Positions 48,318-58,920 of a stretch of 64,000 bases of DNA are shown piece by piece. Made by a program: the position numbers and the translations under genes. Origin of the DNA: Bdellovibrionales bacterium. Lineage in GTDB: Bacteria > Bdellovibrionota > Bdellovibrionia > Bdellovibrionales > JAGQZY01. Where the stretch lies: assembly GCA_964230645.1 (NCBI GenBank), contig CAXRHT010000002.1, positions 1-64,000 on the forward strand, read 5' to 3'. The notes under the pieces were generated by a model. The model was not told where the DNA came from and made no database searches. It saw only the letters and a program-made list of their open reading frames with translations. Within the stretch, counting starts at the first letter, position 1, and each line of letters starts with the position of its first letter.

Positions 48318-49330
48318 TCCTCGTGTTTTACCAGGGTACGACCTAAGTGCTTGCCTTTGATAATTTCCTGGGCTTTTTGGGGAATCTCTTCAAGACCGAT
48401 TTCTTCACTCATCATATGAGTTAAATTTTTTGGTTTGAGTTCGCCTGCGATCTTTTCCCAGATTTCTTTTCTTAAAGAAAAGGGGCAATTGTTTGAGCTG
48501 ATTCCCAGAATATTAGCCCCTCTTAAAATCATTGGAAAAACGGTGGTCTCAAGCTTTTCACTATCAGCCAGACCAATCGAGGCCACAGAACTCCACAGAT
48601 CAAGGCGGGTTAGAATGTAATGAAGTCCCTCACCACCGACATTGTCGATCGCTCCTGCAAATTCTACGGACTCTAAGGGTTTAGTGGAGAAGTCTTTATC
48701 ACTGATATCCGTAATATAATCAGCTCCACAGGCTTCAAGCCATTCTTTGTGTTCGTCCTTTCTACGAGTCCAAGCTTCACTCTCATAGCCCTTTCGATTG
48801 AGAAAACTTAAAGCCAGTGAGCCAACACCCCCTGTGGCGCCCGTAACGAGCACTCGCCCTTTTTCTGGGCGCAGACCATTTTTTTCCAATTGGTGAATAG
48901 CCAGAGCGGCCGTAAAGCCTGCTGTACCGACGATCATTGCCTCAAGAGCAGAGAGATCTTTAGGTCTTTTAATAAGAATATCGTGGGGGACTCGAAGATA
49001 TTGAGAAAAGCCCCCGCTGAGTTTCTCCCCAAGGTTACAGCCATTGATCAAAACCTCATCGCCTTCTTTGAATTGATCGCTTTTTGATTCAACCACAACG
49101 CCAGCAACGTCAATACCGGGGATCAGTGGCAGAGATCGTAGAATCTTGCCTTTCCCTGTAACAGCCAGGGCATCCTTGTAATTAATGCCTGAGTATTGAG
49201 CTTTGATTGTCACATTTCCGTCTGTCAGCTCATTGATTTTCGTTTCCCTAATTTCGCTCTGAGAGTCTTTAAATTCATTAGGATCGTTTTCAGGGCTTGA
49301 GATCCAAAGGGCTTTAAAACTTTTATCCAT
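48314..49330 (-). CDS. YhdH/AcuI-family oxidoreductase (acryloyl-CoA reductase-like)
   Basis: YSGINYKDALA, IPGID, GTAGFTAALA, VTGATGGVGS, PMILRG. Confidence 0.9.
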   Translation of the reverse strand: MDKSFKALWISSPENDPNEFKDSQSEIRETKINELTDGNVTIKAQYSGINYKDALAVTGKGKILRSLPLIPGIDVAGVVVESKSDQFKEGDEVLINGCNLGEKLSGGFSQYLRVPHDILIKRPKDLSALEAMIVGTAGFTAALAIHQLEKNGLRPEKGRVLVTGATGGVGSLALSFLNRKGYESEAWTRRKDEHKEWLEACGADYITDISDKDFSTKPLESVEFAGAIDNVGGEGLHYILTRLDLWSSVASIGLADSEKLETTVFPMILRGANILGISSNNCPFSLRKEIWEKIAGELKPKNLTHMMSEEIGLEEIPQKAQEIIKGKHLGRTLVKHED

Positions 49331-49457
49331 AATTCAAAATCCTTAAGTGGTTTCAGGCCATTGAGAATAGACGGACCTTGCCATTGCCGTCAATTTTCAT
49401 TATTGTGGCAGCCGTCAAGGTGACCTGTTGTCACCATAGACTTTAGGAGCCCAAGGA

Positions 49458-50810
49458 ATGTTTGAAAAGTTATCTGATCGTATGACCGATTCACTAAGAA
49501 AGCTTTCTGGAAAAGCAAAGATTTCAGAAGCCAATATCGAAGAGGCCATCAAAGAAGTGCGCATGAGTCTTTTAGAGGCTGATGTTAATTTTAAAGTGGT
49601 TAAAAGCTTTATTGATAACGTCAAAGCCAAAGCTCTTGGAGAGAAAGTCATCAAGGGTGTGGACCCAGGCCAGCAATTCACTAAAATCGTTCATGACGAA
49701 CTTGTCGACCTTCTTGGTAATGAAGCCGTTGGTCTAGAGCTCACTGAGAAACAACCCACAGTGATTTTCCTCGTGGGTTTACAAGGGGTGGGTAAAACCA
49801 CAACGGCTGCTAAGCTCTCCCTTCACATTCGTAAAAAATTGGATAAAAAACCCGCTCTTGTACCTGTTGATGTGTACCGTCCGGCTGCCATTGAACAGTT
49901 GAAAACTTTGGGTCGCGAAATAGATGTTCCAGTCTTTGATTCCGACCCCAAAATGAAGCCTAAAAAAATTCTAAAGCTTGCTCAAAAATGGGCGAAGCAA
50001 GAAGAGGCCGATGTCGTCATTGTAGATACCGCCGGTCGTCTGCAAATGGATCAAGATTTAATGAAAGAGCTCACCGATCTTAAAAAACTTTGGGACCCAC
50101 AAGAGGTCTTGCTCGTAGCAGACGCCATGCTTGGACAGCAGTCTGTCGAAGTGGCTCAAGGATTCCATAATGAAGTGGGATTAACAGGCCTTATCCTTAC
50201 AAAAGTCGACGGTGACGCCCGTGGTGGAGCGGCCTTGAGTATTCGTGAAACTATTGGAATTCCCATTAAGTTTTTAGGGGTAGGAGAGAAGCAAAAAGAT
50301 CTCGAAGTTTTTCATCCTGATAGGCTCGCTTCCCGAATTCTTGATATGGGAGATGTGGTCACACTTGTCGAAAAAGCCCAAGAGGTTATCGATGAGGATG
50401 AAGCCAAAAGAGCCGCTGATCGCATGATGAAAGGCGAATTCACGGCCGATGATTTTCTTAAGCAGATTCGTCAGATGAAAAAGCTTGGAAGTATGGAAAG
50501 TATCATGGGAATGCTGCCTGGTATGGGTGGCATGATGAAACAGATGAAAAATATGACTCCTCCTGATGAGGAAATTAAAAAGATTGAGGCGATCATTTGC
50601 TCCATGACCATGGAAGAAAGAACGGATTGTCGAATCATTCAAGGCTCAAGAAAAGTGCGCATTGCCAAGGGGTCAGGGACCCGAGTTCAAGACGTCAATA
50701 AGTTCGTAAAGCAGTTCGATGAAGCTAAGAAGATGATGACGGGTTTGATGAAATCAGGCCTAGGCAAGGGAATGCCCGGAATGGGTGATGGCTTTAAGTT
50801 CCCATTTTAA
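49458..50810 (+). CDS. ffh: Signal recognition particle protein
   Basis: GLQGVGKTT, DTAGR, TKVDGDARGGAALS, Met-rich M domain. Confidence 0.98.
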   Translation: MFEKLSDRMTDSLRKLSGKAKISEANIEEAIKEVRMSLLEADVNFKVVKSFIDNVKAKALGEKVIKGVDPGQQFTKIVHDELVDLLGNEAVGLELTEKQPTVIFLVGLQGVGKTTTAAKLSLHIRKKLDKKPALVPVDVYRPAAIEQLKTLGREIDVPVFDSDPKMKPKKILKLAQKWAKQEEADVVIVDTAGRLQMDQDLMKELTDLKKLWDPQEVLLVADAMLGQQSVEVAQGFHNEVGLTGLILTKVDGDARGGAALSIRETIGIPIKFLGVGEKQKDLEVFHPDRLASRILDMGDVVTLVEKAQEVIDEDEAKRAADRMMKGEFTADDFLKQIRQMKKLGSMESIMGMLPGMGGMMKQMKNMTPPDEEIKKIEAIICSMTMEERTDCRIIQGSRKVRIAKGSGTRVQDVNKFVKQFDEAKKMMTGLMKSGLGKGMPGMGDGFKFPF

Positions 50811-50904
50811 TTCACTTTTTTTTCGCAAACGCTTGTTCTTAAAAAAATGGTTGCTAAATATGTGAAAGGACAGTAAAAAACTAGGATTCAATGAGAGGTA
50901 ATGA

Positions 50905-51153
50905 ATGGTAGTTATTCGTTTAGCGCGCCTTGGCGCAAAAAAGAGACCGAAATATCGTGTGACAGTTGCAGACTCTCGCTATTTCAGAAATGGTCGGTTT
51001 ATTGAGGTACTTGGACACTATAACCCAAGCCCTCGTGGTCAAGAAAAAGAGGTCACTCTGGATCTTGAAAAAGTAAAAAGCTGGGTCAGCAAAGGCGCTC
51101 AACCCACTGATCGTGTGAAAACCTTAATTAAAAAAGCGGAAGCAAACGCTTAG
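50905..51153 (+). CDS. rpsP: 30S ribosomal protein S16
   Basis: [14 protein letters not shown]...[12 protein letters not shown]...GAQPT. Confidence 0.97.
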   Translation: MVVIRLARLGAKKRPKYRVTVADSRYFRNGRFIEVLGHYNPSPRGQEKEVTLDLEKVKSWVSKGAQPTDRVKTLIKKAEANA

Positions 51154-51206
51154 TTTCAATATAACAAAAAACAGTCAATCGAGTGTTGTTACTGGAGAGG
51201 TGTTAA

Positions 51207-51458
51207 ATGGGTTACGATCCATCTAGTCTTAGGGATTTAGTTGATTTTATGGCAAGAGCTCTTGTCGATAATCCCGACGACGTCGAAGTTAATGAAGTGG
51301 TTGGAGAGCAGACAACAGTTGTTGAGCTTTCTGTGTCCAAAGATGACCTAGGTAAGGTGATCGGTAAACAAGGACGCACAGCCAAATCTATGAGAACAAT
51401 TCTAAACGCGGCTAGTACAAAGCTTCAGAAGAGATCTGTTCTTGAGATCATGGAATAG
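51207..51458 (+). CDS. khpA: KH-domain RNA-binding protein
   Basis: [14 protein letters not shown]; conserved position after rpsP. Confidence 0.92.
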   Translation: MGYDPSSLRDLVDFMARALVDNPDDVEVNEVVGEQTTVVELSVSKDDLGKVIGKQGRTAKSMRTILNAASTKLQKRSVLEIME

Positions 51459-51489
51459 CTTAGGCACTGTTTTTAAATTGAAACCCTTT

Positions 51490-51520
51490 AAAAAAGGCGC
51501 TTAGAAAAGCGCCTTTTTTT
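51490..51520 (+). terminator. Intrinsic terminator
   Basis: AAAAAAGGCGCTT-agaa-AAGCGCCTTTTTTT. Confidence 0.85.
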
Positions 51521-51741
51521 ATTGGGTAAAAATTTCAGAGTAAACCACATTCTTGTAAATATTCGCTATTTACACTTATGTCATCCCCTTTTACATCCTT
51601 CGTCAATTTGAGTACGGATGTATTATTTTAACTTCACTGATTTTATTTCAAGTTGATCCTCTCTGATCCCTCAAGTAGATTTGCCCTCTTAATAGTGACA
51701 GTTTCTTAAAAGAATGGATCGGTTCCTCTGAAGGAGATTTA

Positions 51742-52278
51742 ATGACCTTTGTCAAAGTCGGTAAAATTCATTCCGCCCAAGGGATAAAGGGAAAGCTCTT
51801 TGTGCTTATCTTTGCGGGAGAGGCTCATTGGGCCGACCGGTGGGAAGTTCTGTATTCCTCAGATCGTGAGAGTGAGAGTCCCGACCGAGAGACCCCTATT
51901 GAGAGCTTCAAGCCCCATAGTAAGCAAAAGAAGTGGGGCTTTATGGTTGATGTCAAAGGTGTGGCCGATCGTACAGAGGCTGAGAAATGGGTGGGCCGAG
52001 AGGTCTTTGTGCCCGAGTCTTTTTTGATCTCTGAGGAAGGGGAAGAAATTTACCTTCGTGAGGTTTTAGGTTTTGAGGTGATCGATCAGAGCCGAGGGAC
52101 AGTGGGTGAGGTCATAGGTTTTGCCGGTAATGATTTTCAGGACCTTCTTATCATTAAGGGAGATAAGGGAGAGTTCGAAGTGCCCTTCGTAGAACCTCTC
52201 TTAATAGAAATCGACAAAGACAAAAAACAAATTGCTATGGATATTCCCCAAGGGCTTGTAGCCGGGGAGGAGCTTTGA
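51742..52278 (+). CDS. rimM: Ribosome maturation factor RimM
   Basis: VGKIHSAQGIKG, DRTEAE, PRC barrel; synteny. Confidence 0.93.
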   Translation: MTFVKVGKIHSAQGIKGKLFVLIFAGEAHWADRWEVLYSSDRESESPDRETPIESFKPHSKQKKWGFMVDVKGVADRTEAEKWVGREVFVPESFLISEEGEEIYLREVLGFEVIDQSRGTVGEVIGFAGNDFQDLLIIKGDKGEFEVPFVEPLLIEIDKDKKQIAMDIPQGLVAGEEL

Positions 52279-53087
52279 GGTGGCACATTATCACTTTAAT
52301 GGAGGATATGATCCATCAGGGTCTCTCTCATGGAGTTGTCGGCAAGGCCTTTACAAAAAACTTAGCCTCTTATGAAGTTATTAACCCAAGAGAGTTCACC
52401 TCAGATGTTCATCAAAGTGTCGACGATCGCCCCTTTGGAGGGGGAGATGGCATGCTTATGATGGCTGAACCTCTGCAACAGTCTTTGGATAGCATTGAAA
52501 CTAGGGGCGCCTGTTACTATTTAAGTCCACAAGGAAAACCTTGGGATGACAAAATGGCCCTTGAGATGAGTGAGCAAAAAGAGGTCACCCTTCTCTGTGG
52601 TCGCTACGGTGGGGTGGATCAAAGGTTTCTAGAAAAAAACAATATCAAAGAAATTTCCATTGGAGATTATGTCTTAAGTGGAGGGGAGTTGGCAGCCCTT
52701 GTGGTGATAGACACTGTGATGAGAAAAATTCCCGGGGTGCTGGGGCATGTGAGCTCCGCCCTAAAAGATAGCTTCTCGGATCTTCTTTTAGAGGCTCCTT
52801 ATTTCACCAGGCCTCAGGAGTGGGAAGGGATGGCAGTGCCCTCTGTTCTTTTAAGTGGTGATCATAAAAAAATTGCCGAGTTTCGAGATCGTTGCGCTCA
52901 AGTTGTGACCTTGTTAAAACGACCGGATCTTTATAAGAAATGGATTTCTAAGAAAAACGTTCCACTTTTAGAGCAAAAAAATGATCTGCAGAAGTTTTTA
53001 GGGACTCTTTCTGATAGCGAAAAACATGTCTTGGGTATTGATAAAAATAGGGTCGAAAAGGCCTTCGGAGAAATAGAGAATGGATAA
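52275..53087 (+). CDS. trmD: tRNA (guanine37-N1)-methyltransferase
   Basis: VDDRPFGGGDGM, LSPQG, CGRYGGVDQR, SIGDYVLSGGE. Confidence 0.96.
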   Translation: MRWHIITLMEDMIHQGLSHGVVGKAFTKNLASYEVINPREFTSDVHQSVDDRPFGGGDGMLMMAEPLQQSLDSIETRGACYYLSPQGKPWDDKMALEMSEQKEVTLLCGRYGGVDQRFLEKNNIKEISIGDYVLSGGELAALVVIDTVMRKIPGVLGHVSSALKDSFSDLLLEAPYFTRPQEWEGMAVPSVLLSGDHKKIAEFRDRCAQVVTLLKRPDLYKKWISKKNVPLLEQKNDLQKFLGTLSDSEKHVLGIDKNRVEKAFGEIENG

Positions 53088-53640
53088 AAAGTTGGCGATA
53101 GCTCTTGTGCACCATCCGGTCCTGGATCGGTCTCGAAAAACAGTGGCCACCAATGTCACTAACTTTGATATTCATGATATCGCCCGAGCGGCTCGAACCT
53201 ACGGAGTGGATCATTACTATATAGTGCACCCTATGAAAGAGCAGCTCATGTTTGTCTCCCGCGTGATTGATCATTGGCGTGTTGGGAAGGGTAAAAAATT
53301 CAATCCCATGCGGCGAACAGCACTTACGATGATTGAGCCCATTGAGTCGATCGAAAAAGCCATCACTCATATGGATAGCCCCGATTTGCAGGTGGTGGCC
53401 ACCAGTGCCAAAGAGTCGGCCCTCCTTCCCCAGTGGAGCTTTAAAGAAACCCGTGAAAATCTGCTCAAAAAAGACACCCTTCTTATCTTTGGAACCGGCT
53501 TTGGGCTGAGCGATGAGGCCCTGAAACTCTGTGATAGCTGCATTGAGCCCATCCGGGGGTATGGTGAAGAGGATTACCGTCACTTATCTGTTCGTTCGGC
53601 AGTGAGTATCTGTCTTGACCGCCTCAGGGGAGCATGGTAA
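53080..53640 (+). CDS. SPOUT-class RNA methyltransferase (DUF2168-like)
   Basis: TNFDIHDIAR...TYG, FGTGFGL, YRHLSVRSA...DRL. Confidence 0.85.
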   Translation: MDKKLAIALVHHPVLDRSRKTVATNVTNFDIHDIARAARTYGVDHYYIVHPMKEQLMFVSRVIDHWRVGKGKKFNPMRRTALTMIEPIESIEKAITHMDSPDLQVVATSAKESALLPQWSFKETRENLLKKDTLLIFGTGFGLSDEALKLCDSCIEPIRGYGEEDYRHLSVRSAVSICLDRLRGAW

Positions 53641-53666
53641 ACCAACCGTTTTCAAGGAGTAGAACC

Positions 53667-54071
53667 ATGGCGGATCTTGTCAGACAAGCGGTACTAAAGA
53701 ATCAAAATAACAAGGATTTTCCAAAATTCTCATCCGGTGACACAGTCAGTGTTTCGGTAAAAGTTAAAGAGGGTGAGAAAGAAAGAATCCAGGTTTTTAA
53801 GGGTGTGGTTTTAAAAATTCAAGGTTCAGGAACCAATCGCACATTTACCGTGAGAAAGATCTCTGAGGGAATTGGTGTGGAAAGAACTTTTCCTTTCAAC
53901 TCACCGATTGTTGATTCTGTTGAGATCAACGCCTACGGTAAAACCAGACGCTCTCGTTTGTTCTACTTAAGAGCTCTTCAAGGCCGTGCTGCGAAGGTTA
54001 AATCTGAGCTGGCTGTTATGCGTGAGCAAAGAGAAAAAGCCAAAGCTGAGGCTGAGAGCGCTAACAAATAA
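53667..54071 (+). CDS. rplS: 50S ribosomal protein L19
   Basis: GDTV...[12 protein letters not shown]...[25 protein letters not shown] before ATG 53667. Confidence 0.97.
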   Translation: MADLVRQAVLKNQNNKDFPKFSSGDTVSVSVKVKEGEKERIQVFKGVVLKIQGSGTNRTFTVRKISEGIGVERTFPFNSPIVDSVEINAYGKTRRSRLFYLRALQGRAAKVKSELAVMREQREKAKAEAESANK

Positions 54072-54096
54072 AGTTTTGTTAAGAAAACACAAGATT

Positions 54097-54131
54097 AAAA
54101 AAACGACGAATAAGAATTCGTCGTTTTTTTT
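54097..54131 (+). terminator. Intrinsic terminator
   Basis: A7-CGACGAAT-aaga-ATTCGTCG-T8. Confidence 0.85.
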
Positions 54132-54150
54132 GTTTAATGGGGGGGTAAAT

Positions 54151-54777
54151 TTGGGACGAGCGCAAAAATTCGAAATGTTTGATTGGAAAAGTCTGAGTCC
54201 ACAACCAGTGATTGGAGTGGATGAGGTGGGACGGGGCTGTCTCGCCGGACCCGTTTATGCCGCCGCCGTTATTCTTCCCGAAAATAAAGAACTCAAAGGT
54301 CTTACGGATTCAAAAAAACTCTCCGAAAAAAAGAGGGAAATGTTCTCAGAGATCATTTATGAGAGCTGTCAGGTGAGCCTAGGCTTTGCAAGTGTGGAAG
54401 AGATCAACGAGATCAATATTCTCTGGGCCTCACTTCTTGCCATGAAGAGAGCGGTCGAGGGATTGGAAGTTGAAAGTGCCCATGTTCTCGTTGATGGAAA
54501 CAAAAAAATACCTAAGATTGATTTTCCGCAGACGACGCTGATCAAAGGGGATCTTCGCGCCGCACCTGTGGCCGCAGCTTCCATTGTGGCGAAGGTTTTT
54601 AGAGACCGCTTAATGGTAGAGCTCTCGGAAAAGTATCCCGGTTACGGACTAGAAGGACACAAAGGTTATGCCACTTCCACCCATAAAGAAGCCATTTCAA
54701 AATTGGGGCCTCAAAAAGAAATCCACCGAGCCACCTTTGCGGGTGTGCGAGAATTCCTCCCGGGGCCAACTCTGTGA
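54151..54777 (+). CDS. rnhB: Ribonuclease HII
   Basis: [34 protein letters not shown]; start 54151 (TTG) or 54175 (ATG). Confidence 0.95.
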   Translation: MGRAQKFEMFDWKSLSPQPVIGVDEVGRGCLAGPVYAAAVILPENKELKGLTDSKKLSEKKREMFSEIIYESCQVSLGFASVEEINEINILWASLLAMKRAVEGLEVESAHVLVDGNKKIPKIDFPQTTLIKGDLRAAPVAAASIVAKVFRDRLMVELSEKYPGYGLEGHKGYATSTHKEAISKLGPQKEIHRATFAGVREFLPGPTL

Positions 54778-55078
54778 AGAGCTGGTCTTAAAGGACCTTC
54801 TTAAGAAGAATTGGAATCTTATCGGGGAAAGAGAGAAGTGGGCGGGTGTCGAACTTGATCTTATCTTAAAGAAAAGTCATTATAAAATCCTTGAAGTGAA
54901 ATCCATACGTCATTTCGATGAGGTCAGCTTCCGAGTGCATCCTAAACAAATCCAGCGCCTTTTATTTGCTCGTGAAACTCTGCAAGAAGCCAAGCAAAGC
55001 CTAGTGGAGCTCGAGTTTGCCTTTGTTTGTGGTGAAAAAATCCTTTATCTGCCCGTGGAATCCTTTCTACAGGACTAA
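54743..55078 (+). CDS. YraN-like (UPF0102) PD-(D/E)xK protein
   Basis: G..CEE...ELDLI...LEVK...V.PKQIQRL; synteny after rnhB; start uncertain. Confidence 0.7.
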   Translation: MCENSSRGQLCEELVLKDLLKKNWNLIGEREKWAGVELDLILKKSHYKILEVKSIRHFDEVSFRVHPKQIQRLLFARETLQEAKQSLVELEFAFVCGEKILYLPVESFLQD

Positions 55079-55105
55079 CATCGAGAGAGTGGATCAGGGC
55101 AGCCC

Positions 55106-55582
55106 ATGGTTGCTTTTAAAAAGAAGTTAAGAAACAATAATATTATGAAACCACATCATCGACTCCTACAACTTGTTATTGTGATTTCCCTAGTCATGGC
55201 CTTACCCCAAGGGGCTAAAGCGGATTCTGGTCGGGAGTTTTTATTAAGTTGCACCTATGGAGTTTTAGCAGGTGCCCTTGTGGGGGCTGCGACCTTGGCA
55301 GTTGAAGATAACCCAGGGGACAAGATTCACCGAGTGGCGAGAGGGGCCTCCCTAGGGCTTTACACCGGAATTTTGCTAGGTGTTTATGTGGTGTATGTGG
55401 TTCCAGCCCAGATAGAAGCTGAGCAAAATAACAATCTCGATCAGCAGTACGACAATGTCATTGCCCCAGACGATTATGGTAAAATTCGCTACTACAAGCC
55501 CCCAAAAATGACGGTTTATCCCGTTATCGAGTACTCTCAGGTCACGGGAGCCGCAGTGAACTATAATGTGATGACATTCTAA
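55106..55582 (+). CDS. Hypothetical exported/membrane protein with Gly-rich helices
   Basis: Signal-like segment; TYGVLAGALVGAA, GASLGLYTG; start may be 55145. Confidence 0.7.
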   Translation: MVAFKKKLRNNNIMKPHHRLLQLVIVISLVMALPQGAKADSGREFLLSCTYGVLAGALVGAATLAVEDNPGDKIHRVARGASLGLYTGILLGVYVVYVVPAQIEAEQNNNLDQQYDNVIAPDDYGKIRYYKPPKMTVYPVIEYSQVTGAAVNYNVMTF

Positions 55583-55612
55583 TAAATCTATTGCAGTCTT
55601 TGCGACATTGTT

Positions 55613-56431
55613 ATGAACTTTTTTGGCTCCCGAGATATCAAACATTATATTGCAAAGTTATTGCCTGAAATCGTTAAAAGCGAGGCTCATTGTCTTGATT
55701 TTCCCTGTGGCAATGGAGAAACCCTGAAAATTTTAAAAGACCAGGGGGCAAAAGTTTATGGGGCTGATCTTTTCCCTGAACTTTGTCGCGTGAGTGATGT
55801 GACGGTAAAAAAAGCGGATCTCAGTCAAACTTTTCCTTTTGAAGATGAGTCTATGGATCTGACCATTTGCCAAGAGGGTATCGAACATGTGGGCAATCAG
55901 AATTTTGTGTTTAACGAGTTCTCTCGAATATTGAAGCCTGGCGGAAAACTCATTCTGACCACTCCGAATTATTCAAAAATTAAATCACGCTTAAGCTATC
56001 TATTAACTGAAAGCGAGTCCTTTAACCGAATTATGCCCCCCAACGAAGTGGAGAGTATTTGGCTCAATACCAGCGAGGATGATCGTCTTTATTTTGGGCA
56101 TGTCTTTTTAACGGGGATCACTCGACTGAGACTTTTTGGAAAGCTCGCCGGCTTTGAACTTAAAAAGGTTCACGACACAAAAGTGAATCACACCTCTTTG
56201 CTTTATTTTCCCTTACTGTACCCTTTGATTTGGCTTTCAAGTTTTCGAACCTATCGGCGATTTGTGCGCAAAAAGGGCAACAAGGATTTGGCGTGGAAAA
56301 TTTTTAAAATCATGACTTCTCCTAAAATTCTTTTAGAAAATCATCTTCTTTTAGAGTTTGAAAAGATAGAAGATCGTCAGCAAGCGATTGAAAAGATTAA
56401 AGCTAAGGGTCACTTTGATATGCAAACTTAA
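55613..56431 (+). CDS. Class I SAM-dependent methyltransferase
   Basis: LDFPCGNG, FPFEDESMD, EGIEH, RILKPGG..ILTTPN. Confidence 0.88.
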   Translation: MNFFGSRDIKHYIAKLLPEIVKSEAHCLDFPCGNGETLKILKDQGAKVYGADLFPELCRVSDVTVKKADLSQTFPFEDESMDLTICQEGIEHVGNQNFVFNEFSRILKPGGKLILTTPNYSKIKSRLSYLLTESESFNRIMPPNEVESIWLNTSEDDRLYFGHVFLTGITRLRLFGKLAGFELKKVHDTKVNHTSLLYFPLLYPLIWLSSFRTYRRFVRKKGNKDLAWKIFKIMTSPKILLENHLLLEFEKIEDRQQAIEKIKAKGHFDMQT

Positions 56432-56501
56432 GAGATATTCTTCTCGCTCCTAAAAAAACAAAAATTAAAATAAAGAAATCAGTGTGTAGGTAAAATTCTA
56501 A

Positions 56502-58913
56502 TCACTCACCGAATTTAAATTCCATGCTTAAGCTGTAGGTAATGGCTTCACGGTTAAGTGGCTTTTCAAAGCTGGCCAATATAGACCAACACTCACCAGG
56601 AGGAGTGATCACGGTCGCTAGGCTCCAGTAGCGAATTCTTTTGTCAAAATCGGCAACATCAGCATTGAGGCTGTAGGTATCAGAAGGGTTAAGATCGTAC
56701 ATTAGTTGTCCCGACAGGAACACATAGGGGAAGTAAAGACCTGTGTTTAAATTAATAGTTTCTGTACGGGTGTCTTCGTTGACCGGAGGCTCAAGAGGAA
56801 TGGAGTAAAACTTTGTGTAACCAACACCGACATAGTTACGCCCTAAAAAGCGCAGACGGGTGTTGGTGTTCCAAAGTGTTCGCTTGTGGTAAGGGAAGGT
56901 TGTTGTAGAAATTTGTTGGGAGATAGGACCAAAATTAAATTGCGTCAGTGTGTTCAACGACTGCCAAGGTCTTGCGTCGGCTCCTTTACGAAGTTCATAA
57001 ATATCCAGGGTTTGGTAGACATCAAACAGGAAGCGCCTCTGGTAGAGGCTTGAAAGACTATTATAAGACTTATCTTGGGATTTGTCCCGGCTCACCAAAA
57101 TATTAGAGAGTCCTAGAGTAGCGATTTGACGACCGATAATTCGGTCGTTGGCGTCAAATTGCACTCCACGGCCACCTTCGCGCCAATCAACATCCGTGTC
57201 GTCGATGGGTTGCTGTTCACGAAAGTATTTAAGGGATTCTTGGTTTCCGAAAAAGTTGTGATTCGACTTATAAATCTCTGGGATATAGCGAGCTTCAATG
57301 CGGGGAATGATCGAATGTTTTACTCTTGTTTCTGCATCCCAATCAAAGACTTTTGAAAGATAGCTTTTCGCCGAGACATCAAATTGGGTGTAAAAACGGG
57401 AGGGAAACGAGTCGTAGTTTTGATCGGGTTGGGACTGTACACCTAAAGAGTACTGAGTGTAGCGCGCGGCAAAACCAGGATCGATATCAAGAACGTCACC
57501 AATCCAAAAAGGCGCATGTATCCTAGGCATTATATCAAATCTCTGACCAGTGCGAATGAGATCTCCGTAGGCGGCATTGTTCACGACAACCTCATCAGGG
57601 GCGGGGCCGTAGATAAAATCACCATCGGAAAGAGCTGTGGGAAAACACACCTCCGTCTGATTTTCTGAATCAGTGATGTTACCATTTTTATCGATAATCT
57701 TGGTGGTACATTGATCCCCGGCCCTTGTATGCTCATAAGCCAGTCCATTGGCTCTGGCGATGTTGAGGTATTGCATATCCATATTGAAATAGAGATTGAG
57801 ATCCTCTGAAATTTTCTGGTCGGTTAAATTAAAATTAATTTCAGGCAACCGGTGCAAACTTTGATCGTCATCAAAGCGAAATTCTGGCTCGATCTGGCTA
57901 AGGTTAAAATTGGCCTCTAAGCTTAAAAGAGAGGCTTGAAAGGACTTAGACAAAGAAACGTTATTTTGAAGGGCCGGCTCACCATTGTGGGGGAACTGGA
58001 AAAAGTAATCAAAGGCGTATCTTCTGTCACTGGCAAGGGCCAGTCTTGTTCTTTGGGTAAAATCGTCGGGAAGGTCATAGTGATGACCATAGTCGACAAA
58101 CCAGCGGTTTCTTAAAGAAGGGTTCTCAACCGAGCGGTCACGGATAAAACCGGCATTAAGTTCCCCGCTACTTTTTTCTGAAATAACGTAGCGGTAATTT
58201 GTGGTTAATTGAGGGCCTTTGAACTCGTAATTAATAAATGAGATCGTGGCATCATGGGATTCGTCAATGGCCCAGAAAAAAGGAAATTCGACCGAAAACC
58301 CACCGTCGGGACTTGAGAAAGGTTTAGGCACTAAAAATCCAGTTTGTCTTTTGGCATTCAGTGGCACGACCAGGTAGGGGAGAGGAAGAACCGGAAACTC
58401 TAAAAGATGAAGCCAAGGACGGCTAATATAAGCGTAGCCGCCCATCTCAGCATTGACGTTGGCTGCTGTAAACCCCCAAGAGGGTGGGCAAGTGGTACAA
58501 GCGGTGTAGTAGGCTTCATCAGCCTCATACTCATTTTCTCCCACCTTATTGATGACATCAGCCTCAATCAGAACTTGTCCTGAGGTCACTACACCTCCAT
58601 AAATTTTCCCTTTATTGGTGTCGTAGTTAAACTCAATCTTATCCGCTCTGACTGTGGTCTGGGCATTTTGAAGAACCACACTGCCCTCAGCAATCAGGGT
58701 GGATGTTTTTTCATAAACCACCGCCTTTTCACAGAGGAGGTGCTGCTGCTGAAAAATAACATTCACACTGCCTTTAAGTGTCAGAGTTTGGCTGGGGGTG
58801 TCTTTTATCATTTCATCAGCGTCAGCGATGATGGTGGTTGAATTAGGCTGAGCCCATAGGGGAGAGGCTAGGAGGCCAAAAAATAAAATGACAAAGATTT
58901 TAGTAAAAGGCAC
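56502..58913 (-). CDS. lptD: LPS assembly protein LptD
   Basis: Signal peptide, OstA-like N-domain, YTACTTC, RQTGFL.P, PFFWAI, C-terminal CW. Confidence 0.88.
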   Translation of the reverse strand: MPFTKIFVILFFGLLASPLWAQPNSTTIIADADEMIKDTPSQTLTLKGSVNVIFQQQHLLCEKAVVYEKTSTLIAEGSVVLQNAQTTVRADKIEFNYDTNKGKIYGGVVTSGQVLIEADVINKVGENEYEADEAYYTACTTCPPSWGFTAANVNAEMGGYAYISRPWLHLLEFPVLPLPYLVVPLNAKRQTGFLVPKPFSSPDGGFSVEFPFFWAIDESHDATISFINYEFKGPQLTTNYRYVISEKSSGELNAGFIRDRSVENPSLRNRWFVDYGHHYDLPDDFTQRTRLALASDRRYAFDYFFQFPHNGEPALQNNVSLSKSFQASLLSLEANFNLSQIEPEFRFDDDQSLHRLPEINFNLTDQKISEDLNLYFNMDMQYLNIARANGLAYEHTRAGDQCTTKIIDKNGNITDSENQTEVCFPTALSDGDFIYGPAPDEVVVNNAAYGDLIRTGQRFDIMPRIHAPFWIGDVLDIDPGFAARYTQYSLGVQSQPDQNYDSFPSRFYTQFDVSAKSYLSKVFDWDAETRVKHSIIPRIEARYIPEIYKSNHNFFGNQESLKYFREQQPIDDTDVDWREGGRGVQFDANDRIIGRQIATLGLSNILVSRDKSQDKSYNSLSSLYQRRFLFDVYQTLDIYELRKGADARPWQSLNTLTQFNFGPISQQISTTTFPYHKRTLWNTNTRLRFLGRNYVGVGYTKFYSIPLEPPVNEDTRTETINLNTGLYFPYVFLSGQLMYDLNPSDTYSLNADVADFDKRIRYWSLATVITPPGECWSILASFEKPLNREAITYSLSMEFKFGE

Positions 58914-58920
58914 TGATCTC

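Noticed and set aside
53080..53640. Extra SPOUT methyltransferase between trmD and rplS as a novelty
   Set aside because: This arrangement, fused or adjacent to trmD, is already known in delta-proteobacterial and other lineages
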